DNA of 64,000 nucleotides, taken from contig JAKLGJ010000003.1 of NCBI GenBank assembly GCA_022710715.1, positions 89,083-153,082 of the forward strand, written 5' to 3'. A model generated the notes under the pieces. It made no database searches. It was not told where the DNA came from and saw only the letters and a program-made list of their open reading frames with translations. The first letter of the stretch is position 1, and every line of letters starts with the position of its first letter. The translations under genes were made by a program, and so were the position numbers. This document shows positions 37,901-48,900 of this stretch, one piece after another. Source of the DNA: Candidatus Omnitrophota bacterium (lineage in GTDB: Bacteria; Omnitrophota; Gorgyraeia; Gygaellales; Profunditerraquicolaceae).

Positions 37901-40900
37901 CGCCGCGCTCTATGGCTTCCACCGTTTTAGCCAGCATATCCTGGGCAGACATCTCATTGCGCGCCAGCACATGTTTATCCACGGCATGGCTCATCCCGTA
38001 CGGCTTAACCCTGTTTTTCTTGCTCGATCCCTTGCCATTGAGCTCGGTAAGTTCGGCTGCCTGTCCATCGGAAATCCCCGGTTTGATCGCCACTTCGAAT
38101 ACGTCCCCGAACTCATGGCCGAACTTCTCTTCGATCATTTCCCTGGTCAATTCCGGGACTCCGATCGTGGTCACGGCGGTCTCCGCCATATCCAGTATAT
38201 CCTCATAGATTTTCTTATACTCCCGGCTATCCTCCCCGAAAGCATCTCTGGCCTTTCTCAACTCGGCTATTTTGGCGTCGATATCATTCTTTGCCTTGTT
38301 TAATCCGGATGCCAGATCATTGATGCCGATTTGGGATCCGACAACCGCGTCTTTCAGGCTGAAGGAGAACTTCGCCCACAAACTATTGGTATAAAATTCG
38401 TCTTCCAGCTTGGCGGCCGTTTGCTGTCGTATTTCCCGGGCCTCCTGCGAAAGGGTTTTGTCATTAAGCCAATCCTGCATCTTACCGCCCAGAACGCCCT
38501 GTTCGATATCCTGCTCTGTGGCGATCCCCTCTTTAACGCTGAATTCCTTCCAGGCGCCTGATTCCGCAAGCTGCTGTCGGGCTCCCTTGATATCCGCGGC
38601 ATACACCGCATTCTCATTCCGGCCGAAATGATCCGCGCCGAAACGTTTGTCGATCATGACCATCGTGCCGTCGTCTTCTATGTGCAGAGAACCCGTAGCA
38701 GTTTTGATCGTTCCGCCTGCAGCGTCGATCAAAGCCCTGAAGTCGTACTTATTGTCGCTGCGCAGCTGCGCTTTAAGCTCCGCGCCGATCGAGTTGACCA
38801 CTTCGCCGATCTTGTTCTGCTGGTGGAAAAGATCATGCTCGATCCGGGAAGAGGTATACAGCGGATTATAAGAAGGATTTTGCTTAACGGTTCCCGTGTA
38901 CCGCGGCACCATCATGAAGGGGATCCAGCTCAAGATGCCGGCGTCCTGGGCAGTGATCCCCAGATTGTCCCGCGTCCAGTCGTTGTTGAGCGCGGCGTCG
39001 GTCCCGGAGGTCAGTAACGAGAAAAACACCGCGTTATCAACGTGGTTATAGAGGCCGTCCAGGGTTCTGGGCGTATCCAGCAGCCAGTTCGGACGAGCAG
39101 CCAGTTCCGCAGCAGTTAATTCCGCGTCGGTTTTGATTGCGGCTTCTGATGTCGCAAGCCGGACATCCGTGCCTAGCGCGGTTTTCAGCGAACCGCGCAG
39201 ATACCCGTACTTGCCGGTGTTCGCCGCCCAGCGCGAAACCAAACCCTCGCCGCCCGGATCGAGCACACCGCTGGTAGCGCCGAATATTTCCGTAGCCGTG
39301 CCCAGCCACAAACCGGTATCTTTGGGAGAGCTTGCCGCGCTTAAAGCCATATCCTGGTACCAGGGCAGGTTTTCTTCGCCGCGCGGGCCTTTCATCTGCG
39401 CCAGGTGCGGATCCCAGTGCAGATTCAATTCGCCATTCTCATCGAACAGGAACGACTCGCCGAGTGATTCCAGGCCGGTGCCCACCGCGTGGAATAACGG
39501 ACCCACGCCGATAAACGTAGTTGCGCCGGTCAAAGAATCGGACGCAATCTTGCCGGGGACCTCGGCATAATTCTCCACAATCTTGAGCGTATTAGCTCCC
39601 CAGCGGGTCAATGTGCCGTAATTCTTAGGCGCTGCCTGCACCGTATTGGCTAACTCGCCCAGGCGCGTAGCTTTAGAAAAAATGCCTGCCCCCTGAATTA
39701 CGCCGGAGAACAGAAATCCGCTGCCGAACCCCTGTTTGGCCGATCTGGCCACCTGATCCCACTTGATCTCTTCGCCGCTGATCGCCGAATAAGCGATATC
39801 CGAAGCTGCGGACACCCCCGCCCAGACTGCGCCGCTCTTTGCCGCGCCCTGCACGAACCTGGCTGCGTTGAATCCTTTCTGCGTATCTGCGATACATCCG
39901 CTTAACGTCCCCGCCTTACTCAAAAGACTTTCCGAACGCACGGCAACGGTTAACGCCTCTTCGGCTGCGCCAAGTTTGGCAACCTGCCCCAGTTTCGCCG
40001 CTTTTGATCCGATCTGCGCTATCTTGCTGCCCACGGCAGCTTCTTCATCCCCGGGCCAGGGAGTCAACGCGGTCACGATCATCGCTCCCGTAGATACCGC
40101 ATCCAGCAGAGCGTACGTCTGCTCCGTACGGGTTAACGAACTCATCGCGTCTTGCGTGGCGGGCAATTTCTCGCGCATCTCATCCGTGGTAAAATAAATC
40201 TTTTCATCCTGCCCCGCCGATGCTGACGTAACCTGCTGCGCCTGCGGCCCCTGCCCCAGATACGCGTCCCATTTGTCGGTCGCAACAAACGCCGACGGTA
40301 TCGCGCGCAGATCGTTGATCCCCAGCGGAGCGGGCAGGCCGTTGATCCATCCGGAAGCTATATTCTGTCCGGCAACATTCCTGTATTCCTGCGTCTGGTA
40401 CGCTTCGGGATGAGCTTTAAGATAATCCTGCACTTGCTGCAACTGCGCCTGTTGTTCCCGGGTATCCGCTGCGCCAGGCATGATCTTGCCGATGATCAAA
40501 GCAGCGGGAATAAAAGCGCCCAATGCGCCATTGACGCCTGTCCGGACCGCAGACTGTGAATCAGCTTGAGCCAGTATCTCTTCTCCTTTAAGCGTTTTTT
40601 CCACCGAACCATCTTCCAGTTTGTTCCATTCATTGCACTGCTCCTGGAGCGAAGCTTCTTCGATCTTTGGGCTCTCATACCAGTAGGTCATCGAGCCGTT
40701 CTGGTCGATACCGCAGCCGATGCGGATAGTAGACGTACTTGACTGCGTGGGCATATCCACGATGCTCTCGGAAACCGGCCGCAACTCCTTGCCATGGACA
40801 TACCCCGTCTTGACCTGGTCGTTTTCGGTATAGGTGACTTTTTCTTCTTCGCCGTATAGCCAGCTGCTCACCGAATCCAGCAAAGGCACGTCATGCAGGT

Positions 40901-42644
40901 CAAAGAAGCCTTCGCCCTTGCTATTGAGTATCTGCGACTGGGAAACAGTGTACGTCCGGTTATCCGCTCCGGTAACTTTCACCGCGCCCGGCGTTTCGCC
41001 GGGAGCCGTCTGATAAAATACCTGGCCGTCTATTTCGATGCTTTCCGGGTTGTGGAATGCGTGCTCGGCCTGCAGCGTCGGCAATGGATCCCCCGTCACC
41101 AGAGAAGTGAACCTGGCCACGCCGTGCTGAATGACTGCCAGCGGCGAGGTCTTTCCGGACACGACATCATCCCAGGTGTAATCCGCGGTATTGACCGGCG
41201 TGCCGGAAGTCAATTTTCCCTGATCGTCGACGGTATACATCATTTTCTTGTCGTCATTGGCGCCGTCGATTACCATGATCGTATTCCCGTAAACCTCGAC
41301 TCCGGCATTGGCGGGCAGAAGCATGGAATTATTCCCGACCGTAATTGTTTGCGTCGCTGCCCGGCTATCGGATTCTGTTGAAGGATCCGGCGCGCTATCA
41401 CGTGCAGTAAGCGCTAAAAGACCTGACACTATCGATGTGGAACCGGCATGAGCGCCCGGGAGGCTTTTATCAGCGCTGCCGGCAAGCCCGGCGCATAAAG
41501 AAAGACCGGCTGCGCCTAACCCTGTAACCGGGGCTGCAGTCAACGCTGCAGTCAAAAGGCTGCCGCCCTGCGATAAAGCATTCTCCACCGCGCTTGTTGA
41601 TCCGGATGCGGAATCCCGGGACGCTGCCCCCGCGTTCAGACCGGTCCAGGAATTAACCGACTGCGTCAGCGCGCCGGACAACGAGCTTACTGTGGAACTC
41701 GCGGAAGTGGCGACAGCGTTCAAGCCGGCGGTAACGGCATTAGCTGCGCCGCCAAGGAAGTTTCCCGCTGCCTGCGCTGCGCCGTTTACCGCACCCCCGA
41801 TCGCGCCCAGGATATCCAGGCCGGCGCCGGAGATCTCCTGCATCTGCTCGACAGAAAGCTGCACGCCAACCGGCTGATCGCAAGTCAATGCGAACCCGGT
41901 CCATTCTTTTTCGAATATTTCGCGGGACAGGCGGGTAACGTGGTTATTATCAGTGTAGGTCACGAACGAGTCATTTGCGCCGATCAGAGTCACATAATGA
42001 CCCTGTCCGTTACCCAGGTCGAGATGCACAATGGCCGGATTATTCAGCGCGGTCAGCTGATCATAGGTCATCTGGGTCCCGTACATGTCCAGGCCGTATT
42101 GCCGGGCGACGTTCTGAATACCGAACATGCTGGTCTGGCCGTTCTGGGTATACGGTTCAAGATTCCGCGCAAGGATAGAAGAATCTACGCCGGGCAGGAA
42201 CAGGGTCAACGATTGCACCGCGCAATTATACTGCACGGGACTAAACGAAGCGACTGCCGCGGAATTGGAAAAACCCGGTGTGGAAAAGGCCGGCTGCAGG
42301 GAAGAAACCTGCGGAGCGACAAAACTCCGCAGAGATGGCGGGCTGAAACTGCTTAACGCGCTGGCTGCCGGTTGGGTGAAGCTCGGGCTGGAGAACGAAT
42401 TCGCCGGCTGGGAAAGAGTAAGGCTGGCAGGCTTGGAGAAACTGATCCCCGTTGATTGCAACTTGAGCCCGGAAGATGAAGTTGAGGTTGATGACGAAGT
42501 TAAAGTCGATGATGTGCCGCAAGACGGAGCGCTGAAATCGAAAGCCTGGGCGGGAATGGTTTGATTGGAGATGAAGCAAACGAGAATAAAAATACTAACA
42601 CAACGAAAACCGACTCGCTGTATTCCGTGGCTTTGAGGGAGCAT
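31926..42644 (-). CDS. Giant secreted multidomain protein A2 (3572 aa), a paralogue of A1. It has an N-terminal C39-like papain-fold peptidase domain, the family A core, and duplicated modules.
   Basis: Signal peptide RVGFRCVSIFILVCFISNQTIPAQA. A Ser-rich low-complexity linker follows. The C39-like region (NCAVQSLTLFL...PAIVHLDLGNGQGHYVTL) is at about 41890-42255. The core shared with A1 is at about 38900-40375 (ENLPWYQDMALSAASSPKDTGLWLG). Tandem modules of about 120-180 aa (DGTMVMIDKRFGADHFGRNENAVYAAD and DGTLVIIDGRFEADHAGRGENAVYARD) are at about 37150-38750. Two modules carrying conserved GGHG and LxSCSTG motifs are at about 36170-37115 and 32480-32990. Confidence 0.8.
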   Translation of the reverse strand: MLPQSHGIQRVGFRCVSIFILVCFISNQTIPAQAFDFSAPSCGTSSTLTSSSTSTSSSGLKLQSTGISFSKPASLTLSQPANSFSSPSFTQPAASALSSFSPPSLRSFVAPQVSSLQPAFSTPGFSNSAAVASFSPVQYNCAVQSLTLFLPGVDSSILARNLEPYTQNGQTSMFGIQNVARQYGLDMYGTQMTYDQLTALNNPAIVHLDLGNGQGHYVTLIGANDSFVTYTDNNHVTRLSREIFEKEWTGFALTCDQPVGVQLSVEQMQEISGAGLDILGAIGGAVNGAAQAAGNFLGGAANAVTAGLNAVATSASSTVSSLSGALTQSVNSWTGLNAGAASRDSASGSTSAVENALSQGGSLLTAALTAAPVTGLGAAGLSLCAGLAGSADKSLPGAHAGSTSIVSGLLALTARDSAPDPSTESDSRAATQTITVGNNSMLLPANAGVEVYGNTIMVIDGANDDKKMMYTVDDQGKLTSGTPVNTADYTWDDVVSGKTSPLAVIQHGVARFTSLVTGDPLPTLQAEHAFHNPESIEIDGQVFYQTAPGETPGAVKVTGADNRTYTVSQSQILNSKGEGFFDLHDVPLLDSVSSWLYGEEEKVTYTENDQVKTGYVHGKELRPVSESIVDMPTQSSTSTIRIGCGIDQNGSMTYWYESPKIEEASLQEQCNEWNKLEDGSVEKTLKGEEILAQADSQSAVRTGVNGALGAFIPAALIIGKIMPGAADTREQQAQLQQVQDYLKAHPEAYQTQEYRNVAGQNIASGWINGLPAPLGINDLRAIPSAFVATDKWDAYLGQGPQAQQVTSASAGQDEKIYFTTDEMREKLPATQDAMSSLTRTEQTYALLDAVSTGAMIVTALTPWPGDEEAAVGSKIAQIGSKAAKLGQVAKLGAAEEALTVAVRSESLLSKAGTLSGCIADTQKGFNAARFVQGAAKSGAVWAGVSAASDIAYSAISGEEIKWDQVARSAKQGFGSGFLFSGVIQGAGIFSKATRLGELANTVQAAPKNYGTLTRWGANTLKIVENYAEVPGKIASDSLTGATTFIGVGPLFHAVGTGLESLGESFLFDENGELNLHWDPHLAQMKGPRGEENLPWYQDMALSAASSPKDTGLWLGTATEIFGATSGVLDPGGEGLVSRWAANTGKYGYLRGSLKTALGTDVRLATSEAAIKTDAELTAAELAARPNWLLDTPRTLDGLYNHVDNAVFFSLLTSGTDAALNNDWTRDNLGITAQDAGILSWIPFMMVPRYTGTVKQNPSYNPLYTSSRIEHDLFHQQNKIGEVVNSIGAELKAQLRSDNKYDFRALIDAAGGTIKTATGSLHIEDDGTMVMIDKRFGADHFGRNENAVYAADIKGARQQLAESGAWKEFSVKEGIATEQDIEQGVLGGKMQDWLNDKTLSQEAREIRQQTAAKLEDEFYTNSLWAKFSFSLKDAVVGSQIGINDLASGLNKAKNDIDAKIAELRKARDAFGEDSREYKKIYEDILDMAETAVTTIGVPELTREMIEEKFGHEFGDVFEVAIKPGISDGQAAELTELNGKGSSKKNRVKPYGMSHAVDKHVLARNEMSAQDMLAKTVEAIERGDCWMVPGQDKVKFMTDFGDGKQVLVSVGANFNPAKNGQSIITVFKAAIDRNNVDDLSRNIGKEFVKVERLPGLDDLEGMVNGLADTLLDPAISSGNNGGSTRAQHEAYHEAGKIAQTIDTLGNEIGAGKRSDGRFDLRARVEKAGGRIQTEHGELRIEADGTLVIIDGRFEADHAGRGENAVYARDEAKARHELAELNAWKQFAKEKGIVTDRDIADGKLGDKLREWMNDKEAGAERQREIAQKAQEFHNEGLRAEGKEPAKKKAVVVLPQSDWNGAFAGSYDHVQALLDRGYDVAHKVVKDMDEAIDFIKQSTLVQKADLLLLGGHGGKQGMEFTDWMDAGRDKVSQIFKKTYAAVQSLEQSLQRLVRENPDLVSADQEKEIEALVGELNSVAGAKWYLEGGVQEFISAVEKTLAGIETQSWEQRLKEIEAPAAQARITQESAMDKLLAQRRVIEDAHREHDAALSEGKSQAEIDAKWQRVLDGYAALKPLEADYFAASESYQAIYARQQSIIQALSALRQMKTDYPVLAEGMKEYLYKTAQMSLDFNNAERLSQISDRLADDALVVLKSCSTGSTAGEGENLADKISAAVSRKVLAPHHDSASFRLKFDDKGAVEDIEYTYHEEPVQESVHFRPSEELKRMLPFILGNVYERDISRDSGTIGNGYVAEKRSADCEAAPGDADFIISSDGPAANLPTVPDKEAQAQGSVLTRIKDAVGGLIGRAQQEPNRQNAFTSILMNNPKSLYDWMHTDTPWGALVEKGWRAQVPYAELMQGVRALVIGDTNHGNNGLQRGFARQMQALKDAGATHAIFEIQSDLKVEDADVIAMRTRLSHRFKQQIKAAQDAGLDVVFMDMPEDMRKKEWTAEEEAVNRGKYMGEYISDFLEKNPGAKAVAITGYAHINDPAQIPQSLQDHGIEHRIVAGISEGQKGWDAFSARSGFSGITRISNSVIASTEPGERSGYIDLKDQGFDVEGIIHFPRNEVEHSGKSGEKNAEMTADSTSLTEIGKESGGQLPSASVRVQYEEKVNDDWRTWRNENEKKIFDFVVNNFDGLNNNQKAQLAMKLYAYAFSRGKRGMEGSVVDIQFVAGRDPYFLIKTVDPGSRPYDPAKDYSSVTEEYEISLEHLQDIFDVKNLFGEIPDNLLEGREIDVQVSSPEAIPKLLPLIVQQKDPAKIKVSQDYDFGPMGVRVQDKNWGWLPMISENEFVFTPVEEAFRKAEGLVKHFNLYSSGAMSYGLGLSASPNLMHDRPWEHIGDSALDRFLNAQEWLGAKAENWVKDRTSSAYRANQILWEIGKIHRPFTEGILKSRIDLRSINRQECESMLEELDRQIDLIGSSIKELDRVAASPLQVVRKAENKEKGQKALEQAKETYNQLLDIRDYIRLQKDLIPENSGRRELQAADDAQNEVDINLAAGGAEKATHTAVNEHVKANLPADLLADKTNIKNYPLAEGCGAAARVIPIEGLLEKTGQLAHIGLGRVYGEAVIYVDAEHAANQRVLEHELYEINAWQEKAKELRQEYSFASESVAEQMREWIRYCPEDAIAFDRETHAKAPAIDDLLPAPEKKPGSEAARERTFEEHYPEELGMSAQSKAELENISRHIPDIVEQMRESMKDAKLSLENVAQLQEIGPYLKENADIILNSCSTGAVTPGDNVNLATEVSKALGDRRTFGAQHSSSSMRIDFSDKGAIDKVNYAVHYDGVMEVRMEGAPVKRDGECFVAGGTAARETIEKDAKTKIAVILTPSSDHNGAFKERDLEEQLKSSGYEVRTKEVNSLTQAVEWIKNSNEPGSIDLLVIGGHGTPRSLQLGNGNDPFAAYRDIRKTVVGPVMKFLAENPGMYSPEQRNEMLRYVRALTKFANSWFFYGNGPEVIGHYGNEMSASFKQTSFKLDKENSERNRIVLTPEQWQAHPLAASLGVYRQRYAALDKELQAEGACAPQTELAFRTVSELTAKAEKSGLNAAEREKLLSACRELYQSLDSMPGYGDLNL

Positions 42645-42786
42645 GAGTATTCCTCATATACTATGCTCCTCCTTATTTGTGAGACCCCTTCCCATGAGAG
42701 ATTCTCCCATAGGTACTACAAGTGTACCCCAAAAACCCCTCATTTCAATACTTCTACGACCTACTTTCGCAACCGCTTTCAAACCC

Positions 42787-42913
42787 GCAGACGCTTTCCC
42801 CATCCGCATGTAGCACAAAGATTTACAAAAATATTATTTGGCACCGCTAAATTGACGCATAAATAATATTTTTGCAACCGACTGCGGCACATGCGGATGG
42901 GGAAAGCGTCTGC
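42787..42913. repeat. 127-nt intergenic inverted-repeat element, copy B
   Basis: It ends 2 nt before the stop codon of giant gene B1 and lies upstream of the A2 start. Its arms and core match copy A. Confidence 0.75.
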
Positions 42914-42915
42914 GA

Positions 42916-45900
42916 TTACAATAAGGCTATGAGTTCTTTCAGGTCTGATGGAGTTGAGATAGCGCGCTCTTCTTCCATCTCCAGGATCGCGCTCACGCAA
43001 TCCACCACCTGCTTTTTCTGCTTCAAGGCATCCTGCCGGCCTGCACACGCCACCAGCAATTCTTTCATTTCCCGGCAGGGCATCTCGCCTTTAGCCATGG
43101 TTTTGCGGATATCCGCCCAGCGTTGATCCAATTCCGCCAGGCTCAATCCGGCCAGTGCTCCGGCAGCGGCTGCGTCAATCGGCGCGACAGCCGGCAGCGA
43201 CTGCACGGGCAGCGCCCGCATATCGATACCGCCGAGATCCGCAGGCGCCTGGGCATTCTCAACCGGCAATCCGCCATTCAGCAGGGCTTTCTCAACAGCC
43301 AACCGGACATACTCGTCCAGGATCTCTTCTCTGGACTTGCCGCTGTCGATCAGCGCCACCAGCATGGGGAAGAACGGCTGATTCCAACTAAGTCCGGCAA
43401 GTTCGCGCATCACGAACTCACTACGCCGCCCATAATAAGCCAGCGGAGCGATCATCTTATAAATACTATACTCTTCAATGCCCGCAGCTTTTCCCTGAAG
43501 CATCAGTTCGTTCGCAGCCTGCAGGCCGCCTTCCACCTTGATCAACTTACCGAGATGATTTTCTTCACGTTTATTCAACGCCTGTTCGAATGCGGCGATA
43601 GCGAAGAAACGTTCTTTTCCGCTATCCCCGACCAGTTGTTGATTGACCACATCGGCATTGAAATCGTTGCAAAGCGCCTCATACACCACCGTAGACATTG
43701 CTTCGGAAGCCAGGTTAACCTCGGGATGATTCTTAGCTGCGCTGAACACCGCCACCATCATCCTGGCCGTTTCCGCGCGACGGCGCGTACCGCTCAAACG
43801 GAAGATATTGGCGTCAATATTCAATGACAGCGGATACGCCATCCCGGGCTTGAATCCCGCTTCTGTCATCAACGGGATCAATTGTACCAATTCAGCGCTG
43901 AATGCTTCGGCCTCCCGGACGGAAAAACTCCGTTCCAGCGTGCCCCTGAAAATGCTCTCCAGAATGTTATTAGTCATCACTGCATTGATGCCATTTCTCC
44001 GCATGACCGGCAGCAATTTGATGACCGCCTCTCGCATTTGCGCGCCTTCTTCAGGATGCATAGCCTCAACAGCGACGACGATTTCATTGATATCATTCGG
44101 CCCCAACCCCGCTCCGGCCAGTTGCAGAATCAGCCGGCCGTTTTTCTTCAATACCCCGGCGCTCTGTTTCAAACCCTTAAGCCCCTCAAAAACAGACTTG
44201 AATACGGCGTACGAACTCTCCTTCTTGCCGCCGTCAGTACTTTCCGTTGTTGCAACCTGCCGCTTCCAATCTACAGCTGCAAGAACTTTGCATAGATCCA
44301 GCTCGTAGCCGGCCATCGAAACCACATCATCGACCAATCCACTGGTCTTAGCTTCCTGCACTTCAGCCTCATCGGGACCGGCTGCCACCATGAATTTCAG
44401 CGGCCGCCGCTCTCTGCCATTGGCCCGATCAAGCTTGTCGAGCTGGCGGACAAACCAGCTTCCGTTTTCCTTGATCAACTTCGGCATCAACTCATCGAAC
44501 TTTTCCCAAAATTCGTCTTCGCGCATCGCCCGGGTGAACTCCGCTTCGTTGCGATCGAGCCCGAACCGTTCGAACTGCTTCCACGTCCCGCCCATCGGGA
44601 AATCGTTATCCGAGATGACGATATCGATGCCGCCGCGCTCCTGCGTCACCGCCTGATACAGGCCGAATGCGGTATAAGCGTCGCCGGCGACAAAGATATT
44701 TTCCGGTTTCACTCCGATCCCCGCCAGTAATTGCTCGATACCTATCTGCCAGTCGATTTCGTCTATCACCACCAGAACTTTCTTATCCCGGATCTGCTCG
44801 CCGATCTTCTCCGCCACCAACGGCACCAGCACAGTTTCGACCAGAGGCCGGTACATATAGGAAGTAGTCTTTCTCGATTGCTCGACAGCAGCGATCGCTT
44901 TATCGAGAGTAACCGGCACGGTTGCCCCGCTATGAGATAAGCGTCTTGCCTCTCCGGTCAACCTGTCTGCTCCGGCGGCAAAAGCTGTTTTGATCCCGCT
45001 AACGATCTTCTCGCCTGTCGACATTTCCTCCTCGAAAACAAACCCGGCAGCTTCAGCCAGGTCCCGGACTACCATGGGAATGGTAATCTCCATTCTCGGT
45101 TTGCTGACTATCGCCGCGATCATTCCCCTGGACTTGGCCGCCTCGGCACCCGACTCTTCCGGATCGGCGCCGGACGTCCAGATGATCGGGATATCGATCC
45201 CCTGCCCTTTGTTCACCTGCTGAATCTGATCAGCCAGCCACAAGCCATCTTTCTCCAGATGCTCGGCGCTGAACGGCATGCTGTGGTCGGTGCTGACCAG
45301 ATCGAATGCGCGGCCCTGCGCGATCGCTTCCCGGTACTTCTCCAGTGCTTCCACCGGATTGCCCGCTGTTTCTATATCGGAAAAACCCAGCGAACGGTAC
45401 ATAATGGAAACGAGTTCACGCATTGCTTTTTCATCATCCACCACCAGGATACGCTTATCGCGCGCGTATTCCCGGACATCCTTTTTGACCAGTTCAATCA
45501 AACTAAAACTCAATCTATCGTATTCACGCTGATTGCGCGTTTGCATGGCGAGCGTATACGCATCTTTTATCTCCTTCGCGCGCGCGCCGCCGTCGCCGGG
45601 AATTTCCGCCACCGCTAATCCGTCCAGTGCCGACTGTCCTGCCGCGAATTCTTCCAAAACGTTCTGACGCTGGAACAGCTTATGTTCCAGGCTCTTGATC
45701 TTCGCTTTGCTTAATTTCATCCTTCTAGCCAATCCTGCGTCGCGGACTCCGCCCCTCATCCGCTGCACTTCCATATCCGCCAGACGCTCTTTTTCTTTAA
45801 GAAGGATCTGCTGCCATCTGGCATAGTTCTTCCCGCCGTCCAAAGAACCGACCAGGAACACGTCGTCGGCAGCCGGAATAACCCGCTCATTGCCCTTGTA

Positions 45901-48900
45901 CTGGCCGTTGGGATCAAGGCCGTCTTTTCCGACAATAACCAGCCACAACCCGATATCCTTGCCGTCCCTGTCGACGATTGCAGCGGTATCATAGACTTCG
46001 CCGCCGTTAACCTCGGCCTGCATCCAGCTATACCCGTTCATGGTCAGGACACCGAGATTTTCCAGTTCGTGAAGCAAAGCGAAGCGGATTTCCTGCCTCG
46101 TATCTCTATTAACCGCTTCATCCGTATATACGTTAATAAAGATATTGTCGCCTTTTTTAAGCTTCGACCAATCGATGGTCTGATCTTTACCGGCGTACTC
46201 TTTAGCTTTTTTTACCGAGATGACCGGATCCTTGATGCCGTTTTTGGCCAGAATACTCTCCAACTCGTCTATAACGTTCACTTTGTTGGTATAGAGCAGC
46301 GGCGACATAAACTCTACCGGTAACAGGAACGACGCGCGATTAAGGATTGCGCCGGGCTGTTCAAGAGTCAACCGGTCCTCCTTCTCCTCTTCATCAGCCT
46401 GAAAGGACCCAATAGAATAGTCTCTTTTGAGCATGCTCATGATATCAGGCAGTTTTTGATTTATTTTGTGGTTAACATAGCGGCCTGCAAGAAACACCCC
46501 GACGATCCCGGCGAAGACGCCAAAATACACCGCAGTAGCAACACCCAGGAATTGCATGATTATTAAAGCCGGAATAGCAACGAAGCCGAACCCATAAATG
46601 CTGGTTGCCGGAAAAATCCTCTTGCCCATGATATATTCCAGCAACTCGACGTCCGGAAGATTGTCCATTTGGTTCCTGAACAGAACCTCGTTGACAGTAA
46701 CAATGTCCAAGTCCTTTTCGGGGATGCTTCTCAACTCCTTGATCACCTCGTTGACCGGCCGCGAATTCCTGTCCAGGGTTTGATCAAGGAACAGGTTCGT
46801 CCCTATTTCGCGAACGAAAGCGTCCAACGCCAGATATCTTTTGGCACCGGTGAATAAAGAATACGCACCTACCAGCACCAATGGCACCCCTGTTATCAGA
46901 CTGCCGATGGTTGTGGCAGTCAGCAGCAGAAAAGCGCCGGCACCGGCAATCGTCGTATACATCCCGAGAGCAAGCATAGATTTCTTCCGGGCTTCGGCGA
47001 ACAATGCTCTTAAGGCAGTGAGGCTGCGCGCGCTGTTAAGCCCTTTCCTCTGCATGTCGAATACGGTTTTGTATACTTCATGCGCGGGATATTTGTCCGC
47101 TTTAGCGTCGATCCCGGTGAACTGCTCTTCTATCAGCTTGTTCTCCTGTATCTTCTTGAGCGTCTCTTCTTTCCCGCCGTCCTGAACCTCGCCTTCCACT
47201 TCAGCCCTGGTCTTTTTGAACTGATCGTTTACTCGTTCAACCGTCAGATATCCGCCCAGATAGACAATCCCTGCAACGCACAATCCCAGCACCACCCCCA
47301 ATACGCCCATTATCGGCGAGATCATGCCTACCAGGACAGCCCCTATCAATCCGCCGGAGGCAATCACAGGCGCTGCGGCAAAACCGCTCCAGAGCATCTC
47401 ACGCGTCCTTAAGAAGCCGGCATATCTTTCGATCGCCCCGGGTTCCTGCTTCAGTTTATTCACCAGGAACCTGAATTCCCGCTCCATCTTTTCCCTATCC
47501 CTGCGCAGGATATCGGCATAATAGGCTTCACGTGACGGCTCTTTCAGCTTGTGCCTGTCATAATACCCTTCGTCGAAATTATATACGCTCATAATCGCTT
47601 TCATCTGCGCGTACACCCGCCGGTTGCCGCCGTCGCTAGTTCTTTCGTCTGCCTCGTCAACGATCCGGCCGTCTTTTTCCCGCGCAAACTTCTCCGCCAG
47701 CTCGACAATATCCTTAACGCCGGCCTCGTCCATCGCGCGCTTGATCCCCTTGACTGCGGATATGACCATGGCTTGCGAGAAAGCGTCGTTGGAGTAATCT
47801 CTCCAGGCAGGATCAGGATTTATTCCGCCTTTATTGAGGATGAGCGTTCCGATGCTTCGTGCATGTCCTAAAACCTCTTTTTGCCAGCGCACGTAGGCAG
47901 CCAGGCCGAAAGCCGTCACCGCCCCGACAGCCGCGACCAGGCCCAGGGGATGCGCGATGAACATCACGAACCCTGCGGATCCCAGCACGCCTAAACCGAT
48001 CAATCCCGGGATGCTGTATTTCGCCCGATCCTGTCTTTTTTGCGCGAAGGCAACGTACTCCGACAGCTCCTGGTCGGTATACTTCTTCGCGGTCAGATAG
48101 TTCCTCGCTCCTTGTGCGGCTTGATCGATCTGCCCGACGACGTCGGACTCTCGAGACGCATTGCTCTGCAGCAGAATAAACAATCGTTCGAGCTCGTCAG
48201 TAAGCGCGTTCCAGCGCTTGCGGGTTTCGGACGTGATTGTGATTGAAGACGCCTTCAACGTGCCGCCGTCGACGGCTTGCGGATCAACCGCATCGGTCAT
48301 CGACGCGGGGATCTCTATCCTGGTCACCCCGGTAACGACATCCTTGGTCCTGTTCACTTTCCCCGCCCAATAAAAACTCCTGGCATACGACCGGTAGCTT
48401 TCTCCGGTCAATCTGCCCCGGATATACCCATCCGATATATACCGCGACCCGCTCGAGTACTCGTCATTGGCCAGGATAACTTCCATGCGCTGTCCGTTAT
48501 TCAACACTACCGTAACCGGGACCCCGTACAGAGCGACGGATTTAAAATCCAGCGAAATCTTATCCCAATCCGACTTTTTCAGGAGCGCTCGTTTAGTGTA
48601 CGTTCTGGGGCTCATCAGCTTGATTACCGCCGTAAGGCTGGAGCGCTGGCGCTTTTCCAGTTCGGGATTTTCAGCCATCGTTTCATAGATCTTGACCGCT
48701 GCCGGCCGGAACATGGCCAGCTCAACCAGCCTGTGAATGAGCGTTCTGAAAGTTTCCGCATCATACGAATCGGTTCTATCGATGAAATCCCACTTATCCC
48801 CGAAATGCAGGTGATCGTATCTCTCGCGCACATCCCTTTCCGCCGCTTCAAACGCGCTGTCTATACGGTCCTGAAGCGAGCCGCCGTCGTTAACTTCGGC

